Assembly: GCA_951406725.2 (NCBI GenBank)
Contig: OX597823.1
Span: 100,316,001-100,380,000 of the forward strand
From: Octopus vulgaris
Taxonomy: Eukaryota
DNA length: 64,000 bases
Direction of reading: 5' to 3'
Shown: positions 35,801-47,800 of the stretch, piece by piece
How positions within the stretch are numbered: the stretch's first letter is position 1
Layout of the letters: the number at the start of each line of letters is the position of its first letter
Notes under the pieces: generated by a model
What the model saw: the letters and a program-made list of their open reading frames with translations, nothing else
The model's database searches: none
What the model was told of the DNA's origin: nothing
Translations under genes and position numbers: made by a program

Positions 35801-38800
35801 TGGTGGCACGTAAAAAGCACCAATCCGGTTGTGGCCGTTGCCAGCCTCGTCTGGCACCTGTGCCGGTGGCATGTAAAAAGCACCCACTACACTCACGGAG
35901 TGGTTGGCGCTAGGAAGGGCATCCAGCTGTAGAAACACTGCCAGATCAGACTGGAGCCTGGTGCAGCCTTCTGGCTTCCCAGATCCCCAGTCGAACCGTC
36001 CAACCCATGCTAGCATTTAGAACGGACGTTAAACGATGATGATGCACAGTGCAAAGTCGTAATTGTCTTACTAGACATATGGCATTTGCAACATTGTTAT
36101 TTGACAATAGAGACAATATTCCAAACTATATCCTATCCAACTTACTTTGGATTAGCTCCACTACAACTTGCTACCATTTGTATAACATGACTCAATAACT
36201 TGAGTCGTCTGGATTTTCTTTCCCTCGTTGAATTCCTATTACCCTTGTAGCAAGTGATAATGGTACTGCTATTATTGGTCATTAGGGATAAAGCTTTCTT
36301 ATACAATCTGATTAACTAATCAAATTACATAATCTTATGCTTCCAACAGTTTCCTCCAATAAATCAGTAAATTTCCTTTTTCCTCAGTCATTTTATAAAC
36401 TCTGCCTGCACAAAGAATGCGTAAAGCTTTTCCTATCTTATTTGCTTCCCATCAAAGATGGACTTTAAATAATGATGATGATTTATATTCAATAACTTAT
36501 TGGCATAATGTTATTCACGTCTAAGCTTCCTGTCTTGTAAGATACTAAGAAATAAGTGAAACTGCATAATTTTGAACACACTTTTTTCCAGTTGACATAA
36601 AAATATCTGCCAACTAACAACTTCATCTTAACACTAATCTTGTTTCAGAGCAGTCAACAGGACGACCTTAACCTGACAAATACCAGTCAAAGATATATAC
36701 AGCAGCATAATAAAAAAAACCCTTACCTGTCCATTAAAGCATCTTCAAGTAATGAAGTGACTGCATATATGTAATCTTTTGCCATTTCACCAATGTACTG
36801 GAACATGAAGGATAATGACTTAAGCACACCAATTTGGACATTCAGCTCAGGAACTCTGTATTCATTCATCAGTGCAGGGAGGACAGTGAAAGGGGAGCAG
36901 GTTTCAGCTACAATGGCAATAGCTACAGTGGTACACACACGATTCTGTCGTTCTTGGACTTTCAGGTTGTTTAAAAGTGTTGCTAAGACATCATGAGGGC
37001 TATAAGAAAAATATACAACAAAGTAAATTTGTTATCACCACTAATGATTTAATTACTCCTGTAATATAAGAACAAAAATTAGAAGCAGGAATTAATATGA
37101 ATTATAAATTTTAAATGCAGTTGATGGCCAGAATCTGTTATTAAGTTTTCAAATGGTTTTTATTTTCTAATCGGACCATTTGGAAAAGACAAAGATTTGA
37201 AGCATATATGACATCATTAAGATCTAATGTTTCCAGAACAGCATGTATTAGAAGAAAAAACTGATCTTATTTTTCATTTTTTATTGATATTAGTATGAAA
37301 TTCTAAGTAAATTAATATTTTCCTAATCTAGTTAAAACAATGTCCATAACCTGTGAAGAGCTTTTTGGTAAATATCTCTTCTGCAGCAACTGAAAAAGTT
37401 GACTTTAACAACCTATTTTTTAGAGATGCTGAAAAGGTGGTTATATATAATCCAAAAAAATGAAGGTTTTATTCTTATGAAAGTAATGACGTTTTTTGTT
37501 TATTTATGATTGAGAAAACAAAAACAAACATAAAAATCTTGCTCAAGAACACAATTTAATATTTAAAGTGGAAAACTGAAGTAGTACATCATCATCATCA
37601 TTGTTCGACCGTGGTCGAGACAATGGAATTTACCATGTTGCGCCAGACTTCACGGTCCATCATAGCATTACGGAGGTCCTGTTGCTGGATGCCTGTATCC
37701 CTGGAGATTACATCAGGGTAGGAGAGTGTGCGCCCTCTGGTGTTGCGAGTAGATGGCTTCCAGAGGAGAAGAGTAGAAATTACTTCTTTTCAGCTCTACA
37801 ACAATGTCCAGCAAACTGGACTCTCCTACCCTTCACAAGAGATGACACAGGTGGTAATTTCCCATATATTTGCATTTTAGTTGGATGGCGCCTCCACGAG
37901 AGATTTTGAGCTCTCATAAGGAGGCGAGTGTAGGTTCCATCCAACCGCCTCTCAAGCTTCTTTGATAACGTCCAGGTTTCTGAGCCATATAGTAGGATTG
38001 GTTCGACTGTGGCTTTGAAGTAGTACAAAATGTTCCTTGGAAAACCTTCTGTGAAAGTTCATGTTGATAATCATTTTTTAACCATTTGATAATCACAATA
38101 AAACAATTGTTTCCTATTTTAGAGATTTAACAATGACATTGGAAAACAAATGACTAAAGAAGTTAAAAGCATAAACAATGGGGAGTTTTTTTTTAAAAAC
38201 TGTATTTTACTTTCACTTTCAAAGTTAAACCATTTAATCTCAGTTATTTCTCAAAAGTACTGAGGTGTGACCTACCCAATAGCCTTTGCAATATACCCAA
38301 ATGTATTCACTGTGGCTCGGCGAATTGCCTTTTTGTGAGCTTTTAACAGTTCAAGGAGTTCAAAACAGATCCTCATCCATTCTCTTGCAGATACAAATTC
38401 TGCTCCACGATCAGCAATTCGTCCAACTAAATCTATGCAGTTTTCTTGTACTTTCTCTTGTCTGGCAAAGAAAAAACAATAAAAATGAGTGAGCTTAAAG
38501 CTAACTATTACCAAATAAACTGTTCACAATAAGCAAATAAGTTTACTAAGCATTTCTTGTTGGTGCAACAACCAATTACAAATTTAATAAGTACCCGTCT
38601 ATAACAAGTGTCTCCTTTGTGTAAGCAGACCTGCTCCTCACATAAAGGAAATACTTGTTATAAACTCATGGCAATAAAACTTCACACACCTGAAGATTAC
38701 CTTAATGATCATCATCTATGGTTGCCACAAAGACTAATTTAATGGACTTTTTATATACAATGCCCTTTAAATGGATAAGAATAAGCAAGGGCTCCCAGCA

Positions 38801-41800
38801 TAGCCAAGACACATTAGTGGATTCACTGATGGAAAAGTCACATTCTGCCATTTAGAGATGTTGTGAACACTGCAAGCGGCAGTTGACTGAAGAATCTTAG
38901 AGTCTCACTTTCCAGAGCTGAGCAACATATGTATTAGTATAATCTAGATATTGCTATTAACACAAACATGGTCAGAATTTGTGTTTTTTGTGCTCATATA
39001 TCACAGCAGGTGAAAAAGTAGTATTCTCTGCATGTTAGTGGGTCAGTGGGAGAACAAGTGAAATGGCTTCTGCAGAAAATACAGCATTAACTAGATTCTT
39101 CAAATCATAATATTAAAAGTGCAAAGTATCTTACCTGTTCTTTAGAATTGGTGTTAGTCTAGGGAGGAGATCTTTGATAGGAGGTGTCATCTTGGTCATT
39201 CCTATAACATTGACAATACCTTTCAGTGCCCCCAGGATGCTTCCTAACACTTCAGGGTATTCTTCTCCCAAGTACTCATATAATACAACACCCAAGTGGC
39301 CCATCAATTTCTCCTACAAATCAAAATACAAGGAAGAATTCTTTCAAAATCTGTCACAAAAACCTAAAATATATTAGAATTCAAAACAATGCTGAAGACG
39401 AATATGTAATTAGCAATACAGTTTACCAACATTCCCGGAATAACACTGGTATGTAAAAGGACGAGAATTTGAATGGCGACAACATGCTTTGAGAAACGTC
39501 TATCATACCAGTTGTCTCCCCTTAACAACAAATCTCGTGCATCTATCAAGAACGCTTTGATATTGTAACAGCAATTCATTTCAGAGATAGGTTCCCTTCT
39601 GACATACGAAAAAAATTTACTGTTCAAGTAAGAAAGAGCTTATAGGTTGTTTTCTCAAAAAATATGCATACAATTATATATACGCCTTTTTTAAAATAAT
39701 TATTGCACATAAAATTTTTACTTACAGCTGCTGCTTCCTAAGCAAAAAAAATTCTGGCACATTTACAAAATTGTTAAGGTAAAAGTTAAATAAATTGCAT
39801 CTACCTCTTGACAAGTTTTCATAACAACTGCAATTCTTGATATCAAATCTGCTGCTTGCTGTCTGACCTTGGCAGATTTATTGTTAAGACGCCATAATAT
39901 AGTACCACAAATCTGGGGCAAATATGGTTTTACTCTTTTCCCAAGGGCATTCACAACAGTTCCAAAGCCATTCAACATGACAACATCCTAATGAGAGAAA
40001 TTGTAGAAAATTGCACATTAATAAGCAAAAGATCCATTTATAAGCAGAAACTTTACAATCATCAGAAATAAAAAGAAGTGAATAAGAGACAACAGTATAA
40101 AAATTTATATAGAAAAAAATATACTTCACAACTTTTTTCTTCTTCAATCACTGAATTCATAAAATTTGATGTGCTAAGATTTTGTCAAAGGGAATTTTTT
40201 CACTTTTGTCTCAATCAAAATCAACTTTATTTCTCCATTTTAATTAAGAAAGTTTAACACATGTTTTATAGTTTTTATATACTGTAATAAAGAAATGGGT
40301 CTACTAGATCGTTAAAATATGCATTGACAGGTCCACAGCTCTAGTACTACAGATATGGTTAGAAAGTGACAGAAAAGAATCTCAAGACAGATTCTTCAAG
40401 TTGAGCCAACCATCAGGGAACCTAGGAATCAACCAAGAGCAAGATGTTTGGATAACAACTGTAGTGTCAAATGGTCGTATTTGGGAATCCAGCTGGAGAG
40501 CTTGTTGATAGTTGTTTCTGATAGGACTCTACCTCTATGACTATTCCATGGACAGGGGGCAGCAAAAATAAGGATGATTAAAAAGATTATTTAGAGGTAA
40601 AGAGAACATCCTGCTAAGAATGGCAGACATTATTTCTTGATAATGGTCGTTTAAGAATTAAGAACCCTTGTGAAACGTATTTTCCTTACAAGAAAATTAA
40701 ATTTCCTTGATGTAAAAACGTCTTTTGCTTGTAATTCCAAGTATTAACTGAATTATTATTTAAACGTTAAAAGAATTTTATTTTACCTGTTACAACAGAA
40801 ATAAAGATTGCAAGAGGAGCAAAAAAAAAAAAAAAAAAGACATTTACCTCTGTTGTCTGTTCCTGGAAGGCATATAATATACCATCAATAAGTTGTTCTT
40901 CTAATCTTGAATCTATATCAGCAGCACCGAGGTTACCCATAACCTTCTCTATTGTCTCCATAACCATCTTTCTGTATTGTTCAGCTTCATCTTTCAGATC
41001 ATCCACAATACGTACTATAATTTCGGCAGCTCCAACTTTGTTAGCAATTTCCACTGTTGTGTCGACCAACTAATAAAACAGTCAATAAAACATTAGTTAT
41101 GCTCTGTGGCATTGAGGTGCTCTGGGGTGAATACATGCAACAACCATGTAGCAAGGAGTTCGTAAAAAACCCTACTTCCAAAAAGAGCTGCTTTACTTAA
41201 ATCACATAAAAAAAAACACACGTGAATCAATGCAGAAACTAGGGACAGACAAGTGGTTGGTGAGAGCTGTACAGTAAGGTGAGGGTTGGCAACAAGTACA
41301 GCAAAGAAGTCAGGATACAAATAGGGGTTCACCAAGGATCAGTCCTCAGCTCCCTCTTGTTCATCATAGTCCCTCAGGCCATAACAGAAGAATTTAAGAC
41401 AGGCTGCCCCTGGGAGTTCCTCGGTGCTAAGAACAAGAGAAGTTTCAGCAAGGTCTAGAATCAAAGGGCTTTAGAGTTAACCGAGCAAAAACCAAAGTCT
41501 TAGTAAGTACGAAGGCAGACAAATCACAAATCCCTTCAGATAAATGGCCCTGCTCAACCTGTAGAAAAGGCGTAGGTAGAAACTCCATAGGATGTATCCG
41601 GTGTAAGATATGGACACATAAGAGGTGCAGCAATATCAGAGGAAGGTTAACAGGGAAAATAGCTTTCATGTGTGGAACATGCACAAGTACAATGAACACT
41701 GAAAATGTACAGAAAATAGACTCCATCAACTGCCAGTGGAGTAAGCTAGGAGTAGTAGATAGCTTCTGTTATCTAGGTGACCAAGTTAGTAATGGAGGGA

Positions 41801-44800
41801 GATGCTCCAAGAGTGTAGCTGTTAGAATAAGAATAAAATGGGCAAAGTTCAGAGAGATTCTACCCCTGCTGGCAACAAAGGGCCTCTCCCTCAGAGTGAA
41901 AGGCAGACTGTATGATGCCTGTGTAGAAACAGCCATGCTACACTGCAGTGAAACATGGGCTGTGACAGCCGAGGACATGCATAGGCTTGAAAGAAATGAA
42001 GCCAGTGTGTTGGATGTGCAATGTCAGTGTGCATGTACGACAGAGTGTAAGCATCTTGAGAGAAAAGTTAGGCATAAGAGGCATCAGATATGGTGTGCAA
42101 GAGAGACGACTGCACTGGTATGGTAATGTGATGTGTATGGACGACAACAGCTGTGTAAAGAAGTGCCAATCTCTGTGGAGGCAACCTGTGGTAGAGGTAG
42201 ACCCAGGAAGACATGGGAAGGGCTTCACAGAGACAATGACTAGTGACCAAGACCTTTGATACATGCTGTGCTTGAGAAGACCTGTCAAGCCAAGTGAAAT
42301 CATAGACATGGCCAATGCTGGTGTCACGTAACTAGCATCTGCTGTGCCAGTGGCATATAAAAAGCACCTTTCAAGCATTGGGCCTCATGGAGGTAAGTGA
42401 AAAGCACCTTTTGAGTATTGGGCCTCATGGATGAATAACCAAGACTTTTGGCATTATGCCGTGCTTGAGAAGACCCATCAAACCAAGTAAGATCACATTT
42501 GTGGCAGACCCACCAAGCCAAGTAGAATTGTAGCTGTGCCGATGGCATGTAAAAGCACCTATTACACTCTTGGAGTGGTTGGTGTTAGGAAGGACATCCA
42601 GCTGTAGAAACTATGCCAAATCAGACTGGAGTTTGGTGCAGCCTTCCAGCTTACCAGCCCTGGTCAAACCATCCAATCCATGCCAGCATGGACAACAGAC
42701 ATTAAATGATGTTAAAATTTTCTTTCAAAATTTTATCATCATTTTAAAACAGGGAATTTATATCATAAAACCAGAGGCTGTTTCCAGATGATCGGTATCA
42801 AAAGGATTAAGAGATACATAAAAACCAGTCTCTCCTCATCACACAAAATGATGAATTACAAACATATAAATACTTTACAAATGACTGCTCAGTAACTTAG
42901 TATTTTATCAGGTTATCAATAAATTTTACTTTTATTACATCAAACAATGAGTGAAAGAGAGAGAAAACCTGCAGTGGTATGCATGACAAACAAAATTAGA
43001 ACATCATGAAGAAGCCTACCTGGCGATAATTCCTTCGGTCTAAAGCCATTCTCTGGTTCCAGAAGTGCTTAAAAAATGGTGGCAAAATTTCCTCTTTGAT
43101 GTATTGGGGTTCCACACCATCCGTAGCACAACACTGCTTCACTACCTAGCAATTTCAATAATAATTCAAATATTATTAAATAAAGCAAAAATTAACAACA
43201 AAGATACTAACAGTTATATGACATTTCTTTATTACTGACATAGAGTCAAGAAACTTACAAACTGAGAAACAAAAATTTGAATTCATAGTTAAGATATTTC
43301 TTTCTACCATAAGCACAAGGCTTTAAATTTTGTGAGGAGGGGCTAGTTGAGTACATTGACTCCAGTGATCAACTGGTACTTACTTTATGAACCCCAAAAC
43401 AATGAAGTGCAAAGTTGACCTCAGTGAGAGTTGAACCCAGAACTATGTTTACCAACCTTTAACACAATCTTTTTCATTTCTTCATCTGGAGACTGAAATT
43501 CTCGAATGAGGATTAACATCACTTCTCTGGTGTAGTAGTTGGCGTATTCAGCATCCATCAATGGAATAAGATAACCAATGGCTTTCAAAAAGGCAGCTAG
43601 ACCCTGTCAATCACACAACCAGCAGAGAATTGGCTTAGAAAATAACATCAAGTTAACAAAAAAAACAAAACAAGATAATCATTATCATCAACAGTTCACA
43701 GCTGTTTTCCATGCTGGCATGGACTGGACAGTTTGACAGGAATATGTCAGAGAATTGCATTGGGTTCCAATGTCTGTTTTGCCTGGAGGCTCTACCTAAT
43801 GACAAAAATATACAAGATAATCTGTCAACAAAACAATTCCTTCGGAAACATTTTTTCATGCTAAGAGTTGCTGAAGTATGGAACAAACTGCTGGCATCAG
43901 TTGTTAGTTGCCGGAGCACTGCATCCTTCAAAATTTCCATGCTTTCTGAGATTCGCCAACACTACACCTGATTTTCTCCCCTCCATACACATGCAAGCAT
44001 CTATCTGACTCATACACTGTTCACTTCCCAGACATTTGTACATTACTACATATTCCTTATATGCACTTTTGAAAAGTTATGGTGCACCTGAGCACTGTAT
44101 ACAATAATTTCATTATTATTATATTATTAATAAATATCTTTAGCAATCATCTCGCTTAAATATGACGCCTTATACAGCTGTTTGGCTCAAGGATGCCAAA
44201 CATTTCACATGTCATCGTCATCATCATCGTTTAGCGTCCGCTTTCCACGCTGGCATGGGTTGGACAGTTCAACTGGGGTCTGGGAAGCCAGAAGGCTGCA
44301 CCAGGCCCAGTCTGATCTGGTAATGTTTCTACGGCTGGATGCCCTTCCTAATGCCAACCACTCCATGTGTAGTGGGTGCTTTTTACGTGCCACCGGCACA
44401 GGTGCCAGACGAGGCTAGCAAACGGCCACAATCGGATGGTGCTTTTTACATGCCACCGGCACGGAGGCCAGTTGGGGCGGCGCTGGCAACAGCCACGTTC
44501 GGATGGTTCTCTTATCTGCCACCGGCACTTTTATCACAGCTGCAATTTCCATTGATGTTGATCGATTTTGATTTTGATTTTCATTTGCCTCAACAGATCT
44601 TCACAAGTAGAGTTTTGTGTCCCAAGAAGGAAAGGTATGCATAAGTGGACTGAGGCCACGGATTATGGTCTCACTTGTCCTGCCAGGTCTTCTCACGCAC
44701 CGCATACTTCCAAAGGTCTCGGTCTCTAGTCATTTCCTCGGTGAGACCTAAAGTTTGAAGGTTGTGCTTCACCACCTTGTCCCAGGTTTTCCTGGGTCTA

Positions 44801-47800
44801 CCTCTTCCACAGGTTCCCTCAACCGCTAGGGTGTGGCACTTTTTCACACAACTATCTTCATCCATTCTCGCCACATGACCATACCAGCGCAAACGTCTCT
44901 CTTGCACACCACAACTGATGCTTCTTAGGTCCAACTTTTCTCTCAAGGTACTTACACTCTGTCGAGTATGAACACTGACATTACACATCCATCAGAGCAT
45001 ACTGGCTTCATATCTTGCGAGCTTACGCATATCCTCAGCAGTCACGGCCCATGTTTCACTGCCATGTAGCATGGCTGTTCGTACACATGTGTCATACAGT
45101 CTGCCTTTTACTCTGAGCGAGAGGCCTTTTGTCACCAGCAGAGGTAAGAGCTCTCTGAACTTTGCCCATGCTATTCTTACTCAGCAGTTACACTTTCAAC
45201 ACACCTGCCCCCGCTACTGACTTGGTCACCTAGGTAACGGAAGCTATCAACTATTTCTAGTTTTTCTCCCTGGAATGTGGCGGAAGTTGGTCTCTGCGCA
45301 TTTTCAGTGTTTATTGCTCCTGAGCATCTGCACATACAAAAACTATCTTCCTAGTTAGCCTTCCCTTGATGTTGCTGCACCTCTTATGTCAGTGGTTACA
45401 AATTCATAACTGCCAAGCCATCATCAGTATCTCTAAAACTAATGGTTCCTAATTTAGGCACAAAGCCAGCTTGTGATGGGAGTATGTTAGTTGACAGCAT
45501 CAACACCAGTGCTTGACTATATCAACACCAAAAGGAAGAAAGGTAAAACTGACCTCAGAAGAATTTGAACTCTGAATACAAAGAGTCAGAACAAACACAA
45601 GGCTTTTTTCTCTACACCAGCCTTATCTTTCCAGCTTTCGACCTCTTTCCAATATATAACAATTTTATCACAACTGGAAGAATGAAGATAAAGTCAAATT
45701 TCCCAGCCGTGAAGTTGCTAAATTCGTTTTTATTAGTAATGCATTAATAATCCAAAACAAGCCACAATAGGTGAGAGACAGGTTTCAGTTTTATTAAGTA
45801 ACTGAATTTAGGATTAACATTTGCAAAATAAATATTTCACTAAGAACATGAGTTGAAAAAAATTTGAAGACATAGTAGACGTAAGTCTCCATAAGCCAGA
45901 AGCCATGAGGATTAGCTTTGAAATACTTTTAGTTTTAGACAAAATTAATGTTTAATTAACAATATCAATGACAACTGATTGTTTCCAAATTCATATTCTA
46001 TTATAACTACTATTTGTATGAATATGAGAAATACTTTCTTATAATACACTGTGTACTCCATATATACACACTGCACTTCAAATATATATTGTTCCATAAA
46101 GAACGTTTTAGTTTATATGATGCTTGTGTAAAATAACCTTCAAAAATGAGGTTTGTCAGAAATTAAAAAGAGGAATCTGTAATAATGGCATTTAATAGAT
46201 TTACATATTCATCTCATTTACTCGAGACACCCAAACTTATTTTTGTATTTTCCCAGATTGAATTAAAGACTGAATAAATGGACCAAGAAAGCACAAATAC
46301 TTTAGGATGCACATGAAAGTTAAATTTGCTCTTAAAGATACTTTTATAGAAACAAACAGGATAAAGACACTGACTGAAATGATTTGTAAATTGTATGAAA
46401 GCAGAAAAATCTAAGATTGATGGTACTTTCACCTACCTTTCCTCTGTGTTGTCTGATACCCTTCCATAAGGGTTTGAGCACACTATCAAAGGACTCAATA
46501 CCATAAGGTGTAGCAGCTTCAGCTAAAGCTGCCAACGCTAAAGCTGTGATGGTTCGCACTTTCTGCTGCTCATCAATCAGACCTATCAGAAAGAACCAAA
46601 GTAAACATCAAATCCAATAATCTCATCTAAAAACACAAGCTCATTATCTTAGCAGCAGATTGGAAAGTTACAAAGTTTTCATACCACAGCAGACATATTT
46701 TTTTAATAAAATTAAATACAAAACAGAAAAATATAAAAGAACAAATAACAGTTCAAGAATGGCTATTTCATTTACTAAGAAAAGCTTGGTGTACCAAATG
46801 ATCCACAAAGCTACAGTTTTTTGATGGATTCAAGTGCAAATATATCAATGGTGACACAGCAAAGAATAATAAAATTAATAATAATCCTCCCTACTATAGG
46901 CACAAAGTTTGATCAACCCCCTAGTGTTTATCAGGTACTATTTCATTGACCCCCAAAAGGATACAAGGCCTTGAACAGCATTTGAATTCAGAGTGAATAA
47001 TATATATATATATATATATACATATAAAGCTGAAGTTGTCTGTGTATGGCAGGTTTGGTAGCCTTCAACTAACACTATCTCCTCCGAGACCCTGTGGTGC
47101 AAGTTGACCAAAATTGAGAGTATGATAGAAGGCTTGCACTTCCTTCCGTAGAAGAAAAAATTCAAATCGGACCATGTTAACACCAAAAATTATTTACATC
47201 AAAAAGGTGCTTTTTTTTCTATGAAAATCCCTATTTTTTTAATGATTTTTTGACTGCTGTGTCGCCATTTTTCGGTGTATTTCAACCAGAAAAATGTTCA
47301 GTTAAAGAGAATAACAAGCTACATAATGCAAAATTTTTACTTTTCAAAAATTCCAATTGTAAAGGGTCGAAACAAACCCGAGCAACGCCGGGCGATACTA
47401 TATTATATTATAATATTATATATATGCACACATACACACATATTAAATAACAGAAGTTAACTCACCATGTTCAATAATTTCCACTAAACTTTTCAAATGA
47501 GGAAGAATAGCACAGCCCATAAGAATAGCAATTTGTTGGACGATTTTGATCCCAGTATGTCTTGCCTGCCAAGATTTTTTGCTTTTACAAACAGCCTTTA
47601 GGAAAGGCAGAAGGGAAGGGATCCCAAGAGCAGATGCGACAACTGCAAATGCTCTGGCTGTGGTGTTACGTACATACTCGTCCATATTGTCAATATCTGG
47701 TCTCATTGTAGAAATCATGGTGGCCAGACCTGCCGCCTGAAAATAAGAATTAAGTGAATGAGTCATAGAAAACCTTAAAACAAATAAAACTGCAGAGAAA

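Noticed and set aside
35695-35890. CRISPR-like repeat-spacer array
   Set aside because: Eukaryotic context, the spacers are homologous to each other, there are no cas genes, and the units are part of a LINE 3' UTR.
46437-47736. Naturally occurring SF3B1 cancer-hotspot alleles
   Set aside because: E622, R625, H662, K666 and K700 equivalents are all wild type.
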